From assembly GCA_020184695.1 (NCBI GenBank), contig JAANOX010000140.1:1-64000 (forward strand): a DNA stretch of 64,000 nt, in the 5' to 3' direction. A program made the translations under genes and the position numbers. Below are positions 51,213 through 64,000 of the stretch, one piece after another (positions within the stretch are counted from its first letter, which is position 1; every line of letters starts with the position of its first letter). Under the pieces are notes generated by a model, which saw only the letters and a program-made list of their open reading frames with translations, did no database searches and had not been told where the DNA came from. This DNA comes from Histomonas meleagridis 2922-C6/04-290x (taxonomy: Eukaryota > Protista > Parabasalia).

Positions 51213-52425
51213 ATGGAAGAAAAGAAGAAAAAAGATCATTCAGTATGGAATACATTAATGTCATCAGAGAAAATTCCAAAAGGTTTCTGGAAGCTAACTA
51301 GAGAAGATTTAATTTGTTTTTTAACAATGTTTTTATTAACACTTTTTATCTGGATAAATACCGCAGTTACAGGACCATTTTATGATATATTTAGTTATTG
51401 GGATGGACCGAATTATTTATATGTCAGTATGACTGGTTATAAAATTCCTTTAACAAATCCTTGGACAAAGTATTATCATATGAATCCATCATATTTTTGC
51501 ATGTCATTTACCAGGATATCCTATGTTAATCACAATTTGTTCTAAAATTTGTTTACCAATGAAACTTTTTGGTTTAAATAATTATTATTTAGGTTTTCAT
51601 TTATCGATTCTTGTTTCATCATTTTTATATGTTTATGGCTTACGAAGATTATTAATTGTCACCAAAACTGTTCGTAATCCTCTTCTTACGACAATTCTTT
51701 CAGTTTTTTTACCAATTCGATTTGTTATTTATCATTCAGTTGGATCGAGTGAACCATTGTTTATGTTTTTGTCTTTTTTTAACATTTATTTTTTATAAGA
51801 CGGATCAATATATATTTATGCTCTTTAGTATTTGGATGTGTTGTTACACACGAATCGAAGGCATGGCCATTGGCGCCAGCATCGGAATTTGTTATTTGTT
51901 ACGATTTTGTATTTTTAAAGCGATTGGAATGTTTTTTTACTTTTCTTGCACCTATAACATTAATTTTATTGCATAAATATATGTTTAATGACCCATTAGC
52001 ATACATTCATTATAACCAAGGCTCGCAAAGTCTTATTGGGAAGCCATTTCATGAAATATTAAACATCCAACGAAATGGCGACGAACTTTATTCACATTCA
52101 TTTATCATATTTTTTACGATCATTTTCATAGGACATCTTATAACATATACAAAATCAATTCCAATTGGAGTTCTTTCAAGTATATATCTGATTTATATCA
52201 GCTGCTTATCGCATATTGATATTTATCGATACGCATTACCTTGTTCGATATTTTTCGATATTAATTGGATTTGATTGCATTTTGTCAACGAAAGAAGGTC
52301 GGAAAATGTTAGTCATTGCGTTGCCATTTTATCTTATTGTTTTATCTATTTATGCGCGAGGACAAATTCACAGTAATATCGCAGTGCCGTTTTTCATTGA
52401 CGAAATGTTTAATTCTTTAAAGTGA
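51213..52425 (+). CDS. GT-C glycosyltransferase-like, right copy (several frameshifts)
   Basis: Overlapping ORF pieces reproduce the intact left 401-aa protein. Confidence 0.55.
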
Positions 52426-52739
52426 ATTAAATGTAACTAAAGATAAATAATTTGAATTTACCAATAAAGAAACAAAATATATTGGAAAAGTTCAATCAAA
52501 TACAACAAAGGTTCTTAACATATAAAAGCTAAAGCCTCTTCATGTACGCGTACATAATTTTGGACCAAGCTCACAAAGTCAGTAAAATATTATGAATTGT
52601 TTTAATTTTTTTAATTTTTGATATAAGTGTTAACATGTAATTTTCTTTATCACTGTTTAAAAAATATTTTCTTTATCACATTCATCAAAATGACTTTTGA
52701 TATGAAAATGCACGTTAACTTTTCTTTATTATTTTTCAA

Positions 52740-53815
52740 ATGTATTCAGATTTCCCAAAATATAGCTTTAAGTTACAATATTTTGATGAACAATCAGGTC
52801 TTACTCTTTATTATATTTTGATATATTATACAGAAAGAACAGAAATTGAAATTTATGATGTTAAAAAAATCGACGAGATGTTTTTACGAAAAAAACTCCA
52901 ATTCACAATATTAAAAATGAGTGACCTTTATATTGGAAGTAAAATTCTTATTAATGGACGTCAATATGAAATCATTGATTTTTTTCAGATGAGTTTACAC
53001 GAAAATCTTTAAGTGAAAAAATGCAACATACACTTGGAATAATCAAATCAGGTTATTCACGATATTTAGGCGAAGTTCTAGATTCTATATATTCTAATAG
53101 TCTTTCAGTATCACAACTTCAATTTGGTTCTATTTCTAAAGAGATTGGAATTTCATTATTAAAAGAACATCGTAAAGAACAAACATTTGAAAATCTTTTG
53201 AATAGTATTACGAAAGATTCTATTATTGCTATTGATATTGTTGGTAATAATTCTATTTTAAAATGGAAAGAAATTATTGAAAGGAAATTTTGGAATGAAA
53301 TTTGTTATGGATCAGAAACATTAACATCATCAACATATGAAATAGAAATTATATTTAATCAACGAAATCTTCAAATAAAATCACTTATTGATGGCACTAC
53401 AACATTATGTCTTATTAAACCACATGCAATCAAATCAGGAGTTTCAGGTAAAATAATTCAACAAATTCTTAAAAATGGATTTGAAATTGTTGGCGCGATG
53501 ATGACGACATTTAATATTGAAGAAGCGAGCGAATTCTTTGAGATATATCGAGGCGTTGTTGATAATTATTATGAAATTTCGAGAGATTTAGCGTCAGGTC
53601 CAATTTTAGCGCTTGAATTATATAAAGAAGATGCAGTTAATTCATTACGAGAAATATGTGGGCCACGAGATGTTTCGATTGCGAAAGCAATTCGTCCACA
53701 ATCAATTCGTGCACTTTATGGGATAAATAACATTCAGAATGCAGTACATTGTACGGATCTTAAAGAAGAATCACAAATTGAATGCGAATTCTTTTTTAAT
53801 CTTTTAAGTAATTAA
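52740..53815 (+). CDS. NME7: NME7/NDPK7, right copy (frameshifts within DM10)
   Basis: 52740-53012 plus 53021-53815; the NDK-A/NDK-B junction that is broken on the left is continuous here. Confidence 0.9.
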
Positions 53816-53902
53816 TAATATATTAAAAAAATAAAAATTTTTAATAATTTCTTTTATTTAAATAGAACAAAGTTTTTGATCCATAAAAATTTATTATTAT
53901 TA

Positions 53903-56266
53903 TTATACAGTTGCTGCTTTTTCCTTTTTATCATAATCTTTAGCTAAATCATTCAAACCTAATTCGCGCGCAATTTTTTTGCTGCTTGTGAAAAACAATC
54001 CATGACGAACAAACACTTCCATTTGACGCTTTTTATCTTTAATTAATGAAATGAATTTCAGCGCGTGATCAATTTCATTGTACTCCAAACAAACCGACGC
54101 AAATATGTCCCATCCGACTTCCGGATTTGGAATACGCGTAAATTCGTCGAGTTCGTTCCACATTTTATTCCGTGCAAATGTGTCAAGTTTCGTATATGTT
54201 ACAATTTTGGAACTAAATCCAAAACTTTTAACAATTTCTTTTTCGAGTTTTTCATCTTTATTCATTATGGAATGTATAAGTAACTCACGCGGAGTAACAT
54301 TTTTAAATTGTTCAACGTTTATCTTATATTTACGCGCAATTTGTAATAATTTCTTATGCGATGTTAATATATTATTAAATGTCGACTTTTTATCAAAGAA
54401 ATTCTCCGAATATTCAAGCGATGAAATTGATTTACCAAACTGCGAATGGTCACAGCTATAAAGAAGACTGCAAGAACCGGCCGAATAAGGCTTCGCAAAT
54501 TTGTATTTCTGGAAGTTTCGATTGTTCGTTCGATTTTGTGCAATTTCTTCCGCAATTTGATATTTCTTATATGATAAATATTGTTCAAGAAATTGCGGAT
54601 ATTCTTCAACGAATCTTTCGCGTTCTTGTTTATCAAGTAGCATCAAATATGTAATAATTGAATCGCCATCAAATATGTGCAATACCATATTTAACGTGGA
54701 TTCTCTATCAAATGAATACATAAATTGAATTCTTTCTTTAGGCAAATTAATACGTTGCGCAATAGTATAAATGGTACGAAAATTAAGTGAAAGTTTTTTA
54801 GCTGATTCACCGATTTTATAATAATTAATAGTATCATATTTAGAACAACGCGAAAGTATCGTATTAAGTGCTGAGTCGCCAAATTTAGAAAACATATTAA
54901 TGGACCAATGCTCAATAACATTAGTGATATCAAATTGAAATATTTTACATAACTCGATAGCTAATTGATAATAATGTAATTCCATAACACTAGAAAAATA
55001 CGTCTGAAATGTGATTTATCATTATGTCTGGCGTAAGCGCAAATCCATATTCAGGAGAATTTAATGTGTTAATTAATCGTAAGTTTCGTAATGTTTCTGT
55101 GTACTCTTTGACGTTCTTACATTCATACGAATAGCGGCCGTAGCACGCAAGACTGAGCAAATATTTTTGGTTGTCAATGTCGAGACAATCGCGCGCTGCA
55201 TCTAATAATAAAAGAACTAAATTTTCAACATTCCCTTTAAGCACTTGTAATAAATTATAACTTTCAATGTTCCGCTTGAGATATAATGAATATGAATCTG
55301 TTAACTTCTTAATTGACGATGAAAGTCGATCTGTCGTCAATGATATAATCGATGTCGGCACAGGACGAAGAATATAACAACCAGAGCGCGCGTAAATTCG
55401 AACGTATTCAATGTCTTCGAATATGTCAAGAATTTGAAACACATTTAATGTAATATGAAAATTAGTTTTCGGGATAATTAATTGTAATGTGCGTTCATTC
55501 GAATACATAAAGATATTATTTTGTATCCATCCAAATGGTGATGAAACATTATAAAGAATTATTGGATCTGACGTATCGTTGACATCGCTCGAAATAAAGT
55601 ATACTGTGGTGTCGCAAATAACGCCAATGTAATTACCTTTGAATGGCGCACTAATATTCGTGATTTTCTCATTAATATGTTTTAGTTGAACAATACCATT
55701 CGGCGTACTTAAGTAAATGTTATTGTTCGTGGTGACAATGACTGTAGTAAATGGATCATCATTAATTAAACTAACAAAACATGGATCACTATCAACAATT
55801 AATTGATAAAAAAAAAATGCGATGGATTAATAAGTCCTTTGTAACAGTTAAGATAATGATCATCTTTAATATAAACATAACCTTTACTTGTAACATCTTG
55901 AACATAAAATAGTTTTATTATTAAGAGATGGTATCTCATCAACAATATTCCCTTGTGTATCTGTAATACTGATATTACCATCATATGATAAAAAAAATAA
56001 ATGACCATCTGGAAAACCAAAAATCGTATTCGCAAATTCTGCTCTCTTAAACTGAATAGGATGTGAAATGGGTTTACCACTATTAGAAAGGAAATTTAAA
56101 AAAATCGTGAATCATGTGAAGAATAATTAATAATTGGTCCTCCACAATAAAAGTAATAATGTTTGTTAGATCGTAAATAATCAGAATCTTCAAAATCACT
56201 AAGTTTAATAAGTTCAAGTTTATAATCACCTATTGTAATCCAATTGTCGAAAAGAGATTCAAACAT
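53903..56266 (-). CDS. VPS16: VPS16, right copy (frameshifted at different positions)
   Basis: Mirror of 9366-11731. Confidence 0.85.
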
Positions 56267-56508
56267 TTTGTTGTTTTCTGAATGTTTGTTTGATATAAAT
56301 GTTATATGAAGAAACCGTTTAATGAAGAAAAAATTAACTTCAAAAAACAAAGTTAATTCCAAATTAAAATAAAGTATATTCTTTAAATGAAAGAAATTTT
56401 GAGACTAAAATTATGTTTAAAATAATGATAATTATTTTATAAAAATTGATTTTTTTATAAAGATAATTTTAACGGTTTCATGGAATTATTTTATTGACAC
56501 TTTTTCAA

Positions 56509-57000
56509 ATGAAAAGAGAAAGAAATCCATTTCCTCAATTACTTGTTAATGAAGCAGTTAGAGAGATTGCAAAAAAGTTTGATGGGATTACAGATAATCG
56601 AATTCATATTAATCTTCATATTTATAATTTTGCGAAACATCCAGGTTTTGCAATGGTTTCACAACTTTGTCGAAACATGCCTATGGAAGGCACCACCTTA
56701 GAAGAAATATGTATTTTCCTTTCTACGATATTCTCTAAAACATTATTTGACATTGAATGTAAGTATCAAATTTCACAAAAGTCGATTAACAAAACATTAA
56801 CATTTACTTATGACACCCCACCAGATTGGTTTAATTCACTTTCAGTTAATTCATCATCACCAGGCGAACAATATATTTTTTGGTATAACGCATATAAACA
56901 TTTTATGGAAGGAATTTTTGCAGGTGCACTTCTTCATTTTGGGTACAAAGTTATTCCAACGATATCTAAAGAATTTATTAGGCCACTTTCATTAAATTAG
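56509..57000 (+). CDS. TRAPP Bet3-family subunit, right copy truncated by ~18 C-terminal codons
   Basis: Ends at a TAG located at the ~311-bp deletion junction (56998-57000). Confidence 0.45.
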   Translation: MKRERNPFPQLLVNEAVREIAKKFDGITDNRIHINLHIYNFAKHPGFAMVSQLCRNMPMEGTTLEEICIFLSTIFSKTLFDIECKYQISQKSINKTLTFTYDTPPDWFNSLSVNSSSPGEQYIFWYNAYKHFMEGIFAGALLHFGYKVIPTISKEFIRPLSLN

Positions 57001-60000
57001 TTTTCGAGTCAGGAGACAAACGTTTTTTACGAATTCCAATTTCTTTTGTTAATTCACGAAATCAAGAAATTGTTGGGTCACTTTATCATAGTATTGAATT
57101 AGATCCGATGAATAGTAGTAAGTGTGTTATTTATCTTCATGGAAACGTTTCAAGTCAGTTAGAAGGACAATTTTTGATACCAAATATATGCGTCAAAGAT
57201 ATTTATTTGTTTTGTTTTGATTTTGCAGGATGTGGTAATAGTGAAGGAGAATATGTTTCTTTAGGTTATTTTCGAAAAACAAGACATCGAATTTTTGATG
57301 GGACGTCTTAACCAAACATTTGACATTCAGTCGTTTGTTTTATGGGGACGTTCTATGGGTGCAAGTTCGGCGCTTCTTGTTAAGTCGCCATTTCTTTCAG
57401 GCGTAATTAGCGACTCATCATTTCTTTCATTACCAGAACTATTTCGTGACGTTGCGGCAACAGTTAATTTCCCGCGCGCATTCGTAGGCATGGCCACGTG
57501 GTATCTTCGTAGTCGCATTCTTAAAATTGCGGGTTTCGATGTTTATGACGTTAGTCCGCTCGAATCAGTTCGTAAATCGAACACGCCAACGATCATTGGA
57601 CACTCGGAAGATGATAATTTTATTCCTTTTTTTATCATGCATTACAATTATACAATTCATGCGCAGCAGAAGACAAAACGATATTTTTAATGAAAGGCGG
57701 TCATAACGATTCACGCCCGAACTCATGGATGAGACTTTGCTTGAGTTTCATATTTGATAAACTTAAAATCGAAATTGGGAAAAATATCGAAATTAATGAA
57801 AACGGAATTTTTTCATCGAATTTTCATTTGTCATCAGTTAATGATTTGTTTCACTCACCAACGTCATCCGAAATTGACGAAACGATTCAAATGATGTACA
57901 ACAATTTGGAAAGTAGTGAAAAGAATGATGAGAACAGCATTTTGATTCCAAATCTTGAACTTCTTAATAATATTATTGTTAACATAAATAATGAAATGGA
58001 TAATATTGAAAATATAAACATCAACGAAACAAGTGAAGAAACAGAACATAATGAAGAAACAAATACAAATGAAGAAACAAAAGAACACAATGAAGAAACA
58101 AATGTAAATAAAGAAACAAATGTAAATGAAGAAACAGAAGATAACAAAGGAATAAATGCAAAAGAAGAAACAAATGTAAATGAAGAAACAAAAGAACATA
58201 ATAAAGAAACAAATGTAAATGAAGAAACAAAAGAACATAATAAAGAAACAAATGTAAATGAAGAAACAAAAGAACATAATAAAGAAACAAATGTAAATGA
58301 AGAAACAGAAGATAACAAAGGAATAAATGCAAAAGAAGAAACAAATGTAAATGAAGAAATAAATGTAAAAGAAGAAGCAAATGTAAATGAAGAAATAAAT
58401 GTAAAAGAAGAAACAAATGTAAATGAAGAAATAAATGTAAAAGAAGAAACAAATGTAAATGAAGAAATAAATGTAAAAAGAAGAAACAAATGTAAATAAA
58501 AGAAGAAGCAAATGTAAATGAAGAAATAAATGTAAAAGAAGAAACAAATGTAAATGAAGAAATAAATGTAAAAGAAGAAACAAATGTAAATGAAGAAATA
58601 AATGCAAAAGAAGAAACAAATGTAAATGAAGAAATAAATGTAAAAGAAGAAGCAAATGTAAATGAAGAAATAAATGCAAAAGAAGAAACAAATGTAAATG
58701 AAGAAATAAATGTAAAAGAAGAAGCAAATGTAAATGAAGAAATAAATGCAAAAGAAGAAACAAATGTAAATGAAGAAATAAATGTAAAAGAAGAAACAAA
58801 TGTAAATGAAGAAATAAATGTAAAAGAAGAAACAAATGTAAATGAAGAAATAAATGCAAAAGAAGAAACAAATGTAAATGAAGAAATAAATGTAAAAAAA
58901 AGAAAAAAAAGTAAATGAAAAAAAAAATAAAAAAGAAAAAAAAAAAAGAAATGAAGAAACAAATGAAAAAGAAGAAGCAAATGTAAATGAAGAAATAAAT
59001 GCAAAAGAAGAAACAAATGTAAATGAAGAAATAAATGTAAAAGAAGAAACAAATGTAAATGAAGAAATAAATGTAAAAGAAGAAACAAATGTAAATGAAG
59101 AAATAAATGTAAAAGAAGAAGCAAATGTAAATGAAGAAATAAATGTAAAAGAAGAAGCAAATGTAAATGAAGAAATAAATGTAAAAGAAGAAGCAAATGT
59201 AAATGAAGAAACAACAGAACACAACAAAAATACAAAAGCAAATGAAGAAACAGAATATAATGAAGAAACAAATATTGCTAATAACAATGTAAGTATAAGC
59301 ATTGATAATATTAATAACGAAGAAGAAAACGAAAATGAAGATACATTAAACAAAGAGAAGGCGAATAGTACTGATAATGCGATTATAAATAATGAAGAAG
59401 CGAATGATAATGTAAATGTTAACGAAGTAAGTGAAGAGGAAAATGAACATAACGAAGAAACAGATACAAATTCGAATAATGAAACGGATAACGAAGAAAA
59501 CGATAATGCAAATATTAAAAATGTAAACAAACAAACAGAACATAGTGAAGAAACAAATGAAAATTATGACAATGCGAATGTTCACGAAATAAACAGCGAA
59601 ATCATAGTAAAAAGTGAAGAAACAAACAATGAAACAGATATAGAAGTCAATGAAATAGAACATAACGAAAGCGCAGATATAAATAAAGAAGAAACAAAAT
59701 CAAATAATGAGAAAGCAAACATAAACAGTGGAGACGCAAATGATAAAGAAGAAACAATTATAAGGAATGAAGTAGAAAATGAAAAAGATAAATACAAAGA
59801 AAATGGCGAAGAAACAAATTCTATTGATGAAATAGAGCGTAATAACGAAGATGAAACACCAAAAAATAGAACAGAACATAGTAAAGAAACAACTGAATAT
59901 AACGAAGAGACAGAAGTAAATAGTAAAGCAAATGTTAACAGTAAAGAAACAAATACAAAAAATGAAACAGAAAACGAAGAAGAAGTGAATGCCAATGAAG

Positions 60001-60233
60001 TGCGTGAAGATGAAACAACAGAAAACAAACACAAAGCAATTACAAACAGCGAAGAAGCAAATGCAAATAATGAAAAAGCGAATTATAATAATGTTATAGC
60101 AAATATGAATGAAATACATAACAAAACAAATTCATACAATGATAACGAAGAAACAAATTTACGTAATGAAATCGAAAGTAAAGAAAAAGGAACTTTACAT
60201 AAAGAAGAAACTGATGTTAACAAAGAAATGTAA
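57001..60233 (+). pseudogene. Alpha/beta-hydrolase with Glu/Asn tail, right copy lacking promoter, start and first ~29 codons
   Basis: Begins abruptly at ...VFESGDKR; left 8325-8635 is missing; catalytic motifs are otherwise present. Confidence 0.55.
58075..59210 (+). repeat. Coding tandem repeat EE(T/A)NVNEEIN(V/A)K plus extra unit types (EETKEHNK, EETEDNKGINAK)
   Basis: Directly visible; composition differs from the left copy. Confidence 0.95.
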
Positions 60234-60439
60234 CATAGCAAAGAATGATAATATTAACGAAAACAATTTCCAAACTACATTAAAGAATACATCAAATTCT
60301 TATTAAGAAATTGAAGAAGAATTTTATCAAATTCTTCTGAGCGAACACTTTTTTGTTAGTAAAATAGAAGTGCGAATTTTGTTTTTGTTTTTTGGAGAAC
60401 GTTTTTAAACGGTTTTGTGTAACTTTTCCAATTTGAAGA

Positions 60440-62819
60440 ATGAAAGTTTTCTCACTAAAAGCAGAAAATGTCAAAGAGATAACAAAGCAAGAATTCAAAA
60501 GATGTGACGAGCTATGTGATAAAGATATTGTAGATCGATTTTCAACAAAAACATATCAAATTTTTTTAACAAGTAGTGGTGATATTCTTTTAAATGGCGA
60601 ACCTAAATTTACCAAAAATAAGAGTTATTCATATCAATCTATTCATTCCCTTATTAAAAACAAAGCCATCAAAAAAGTTTCAATTTCAAGTAAATTATTT
60701 GCGATTTTAACACAAGATGGTTGTGTGTATGTCTGTGGCCAAGGCTATTCAAATACTATTATTCCCCTTAATCAAACTAATGTTATTGACATAAGTGTTT
60801 CCAAAAATGCACTTCTTGTTGGAGCTGGGGCCAGTGCCACTGTTTATTTTACACTTACAAACACGAAAGAGTACAAACTTCCCACAGGTAAAACCATCAA
60901 ATCAGTTCATTCGACGGCATCTCAATACATACTTCTTCTCAGCGACAATCGCCTCTACAGCACAGAGCCAGTTGCAGGCAATAAGTTACTTGCATGCGGC
61001 GATTTGTATCTCGTTTCATCATTTTTAAGTAGTTCTGTTCGCGAAGTTTATAATTCTCATGAGCGAATCATTGGAATTGACTCGTATCACAACATTGTGC
61101 ACATGCATGTTGGGGCTCGCGAACAGTTTACATATGATTTCCCTATGTTCCATCGGCCTATTACACAAATCGGCGTATTCAGTGATGAATTACTTCTTAT
61201 TCTTTCGTGCGGCGAACTTTACAGCATTGCATTTTCTGGTCCGTCGTCAAATTCATACATTCGCATTAATTCGCCGTCAATGATTGACCACTTCTCAGTC
61301 TCCAAAAACGAAATATTTATATTCACAAGCGAAACAGTTCCAACGCCCGCGCTCACTGTGTATGCGCGTGGCTACGATTGGTTTACAGTCGACACAGCGC
61401 AACTCGAACGCATTGGGTTCGAAAGCGGCGATCGCGTTCGAGCTCCGAATGATAACGTTGCTACGATAGTTGGGACAGCATTTGATGGAAGTAAGTTGTG
61501 TTACTTCGATGAGTACACGCAAGAAATCAAATTTTCGGACATTTTATCGATTGGGACGTATCTCTTCGATTGGCGCCTCGAGTCGCGCGCCGGCGCTGAC
61601 ATACGTAACTTCTCTTTCGGCTGCGGCGGCGATCTGCAACTCGACGTGTCTGCGAAAGCGCTCGCAAAGATTTCACACTTTCGATCGGGCGATGTCATTG
61701 AGCACGCGCATCTCGGTCGCGGCACTGTTCTCGGCGCGCGCTGCGGCTCGCTTTGGATCCGGTACTCATCTGGAATTCGCATGTGCTCGCGCGCGAACAG
61801 TAATCAGCTGCACACTGCGCACAAACTTATTGCGCGTAACAACGTAACAGTGAAACAAGAAACAGACGCAAACGGAGACATTTTGCTGTACAACGTCGAG
61901 CCAATCAAAGGCTATGAGCTTGGCGACGTTGTTTCGTGCGACTCGTTTGGCGTCGGCGTGTACAGCGGCAGCGCGGACAGCGATCACATAATTCGCTTCG
62001 TGTCCGACGGCGAATTGCTGCGCGTGATAAAGGGAAGCGAGGAAATGAAAATACGCAGGTCAATGTCGCATTACGGGGACTGCTTTAGTGACATCGGCGG
62101 GAGGCCGATTTTTGTTGATTTCTCGCAAAGTTCGCACGCCGAATTTGGCCTTTATCCGTGCGACGTGATAAGGGCAAACAGTCAAACCGCTTTCTGTGCG
62201 GGAGTTTCGACGGTTGACGGTAAGGAACGGGCCGCTTTTTCCCCTGAATTTCGGATGAAAACCGGTTTTGGCGTTGGATATTTCGAAGAAGAAAATTTCA
62301 AAGAAAAATATGAACTTATCGCAAGGATCACAAAGCCGGGGAAAAGAGTCAAAAAATTAAGTGACGGAAGAAATATTGAACTTAGCGTCGATACGAACGA
62401 TTTCATTAACCAAACGCTTCTTCCCGGCGATGAACTTTTGGTGCACGAGCGACACTGCGAAGTTTGCGGCATCAGCGAAGGGCAAATATATGTTGAGTAC
62501 CACGACAACAACGAGTGCGCAGCGCTTGAAGCAGAGCCGAAGCTGCTGTACAGGCGCATCAGCGTGCCAACGAAAGCCGCCACAGCAGTCGGAGAGTGTT
62601 GGATCGACATCACGCACTGCGCTGACTCGGGCTTTCTTCCGCAAGATAAAGTTGTATACAATGGGAAGAAATATAAAATCATCGGCGTAATTGATAAAAA
62701 CAAATTTTGCAGCAGAAACAGAAGACGGAACAATCGAAATCGTGAACATTCCAAAGGGAAATTGCGTTGAAATCGAATCATCATATGATAAAACATATGA
62801 ACTTTTGAAGAAAAAGTAA
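60440..62819 (+). CDS. RCC1-like propeller plus repeated GxxxGD-x-V modules (~790 aa), right copy nearly intact
   Basis: 776-aa ORF with one extra A near 62698; the C-terminus matching the left copy (...YELLKKK) ends at TAA 62817-62819. Confidence 0.65.
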
Positions 62820-64000
62820 GTGTATAAAGGAATAAGTTTTGTTTTCTGATTTTTGTTTGAGGAAATAAAAGAGATGTAAACGAAAAAACAATTTAAAATT
62901 GAGTCTTTCCTTAATAACAACAATCGAAATTTATAATGTTATATAAATATATTTATGTTTGCTTAAGGGGTACGAACAGATATAAATCCACTTCAAATTA
63001 GCAAGTCTGTAAATAGAGTTTAAAATTGGAGAATCTGCCTCAAAAACCAAAAATAATTAAAGCTTTACAAGTTAAGCTTCCCTTTAAAGGTTATCACAAA
63101 AAATGGTTAAAATTTTCAAGACATTAAATGAATCATCACCAACAGAATCAGAATCAGCCCCTGAACGAGTCCATTAGAACTCAGGCCACGTGTGCACACT
63201 TTTTGTCATTAAAAACAATACAAGTATCCCCGAAGTACAACAGTATTTAAAGTTGTTTTTATGAATTTAAAGATGAAGCAAAATGAAGACAATGATAATT
63301 TTTTCATGAAATTTAATATGAAAGATGTTTTTTTTTTAACAAATTTGTATAATTCTATAATTATAATGTTATAATATTTTTAAATAACTTAATGTATTCG
63401 ATAATTATTTAAAATATAAAATATTATTATATCCAGATTTATTCAAAGTTTCTCTCTTTGTGTTATCAAAAACCGCCTATCTCCCAAACAAACATACTCA
63501 ATTCATATGCTGATCAAATTACATAGAAGTACATTGTATGAGTAAATATCAAATCGAGTGACGAACTGAAAACTTAATCTTATAGATTCTTCCTTTTTAA
63601 CGGTCGAAAGGCACTTTTCCCTCAAGGTTTTTTGTAAATACACACTTTTTGTGTAGATATCTGGCTTCATAGGATTATAAAATGATATGGAAAAAGTGAT
63701 TCAATTTGATGGAGACTAAATTGAATGCGAAGAACGAAATCTTTGGTTAATAAAAATACCCAACCGTTAACTCAAATTTTGACCATTAACAAGACGATGA
63801 CATATAAAAGATGGTGTGTAACGTTCTTGCTCTGAATTTTGTTTGAATGGGAATCAAAATTGTACACAAATCTCATTGAAAAAAAATAAAGAAATGCACT
63901 TTTTCTATAAATTGGCCGGAAAACACAAACAAAAACCGCTCTTTTTCGATGCTTTGAAATTAACCAACATTTCAACTTTCAAAGCAGAAACCGTATTTTC

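Larger units (their letters stand above)
36507..64000. repeat. Right arm of inverted duplication (open at window end)
   Basis: Mirror of 1440-29464. Confidence 0.97.

Noticed and set aside
1440-64000. Giant transposon (Maverick/Polinton) or viral genome with terminal inverted repeats
   Set aside because: No integrase, transposase, polB, packaging ATPase or capsid genes are present; the arms consist of ordinary cellular genes.

Overview
This is very AT-rich, compact, apparently intron-less eukaryotic DNA from a flagellated protist, most likely a parabasalid/trichomonad (inferred from gene families and AACGGTT M3-like promoter motifs). The window is dominated by one giant inverted duplication. 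Left arm ~1440-29464 is the reverse complement of right arm ~36507-64000 (the repeat may continue past the window edge). The arms flank a single-copy ~7-kb spacer holding one intact 2212-aa BEACH-family gene. Each arm carries the same 11 genes: Furry/MOR2-like, Rab, importin-beta-like, F-BAR-2xSH3, 4-TM protein, GT-C glycosyltransferase, NME7, VPS16, TRAPP Bet3-family, alpha/beta-hydrolase with a long Glu/Asn repeat tail, and an RCC1-like/repeat-module protein. Each arm also has a ~3-kb array of a 102-bp hairpin-containing tandem repeat. The arms contain many non-shared homopolymer frameshifts (probable consensus errors). They also differ by synonymous SNPs, repeat-unit content and three 0.13-0.3 kb deletions, so they are two distinct sequences (alleles or paralogs). 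Whether this is a real chromosomal palindrome or two haplotypes joined by the assembler cannot be decided from sequence alone. Outside the matched arms are a Gln/Pro-rich ORF and a small C3HC4 RING gene that the ORF track missed. No CRISPR, rRNA, tRNA or transposase was found.
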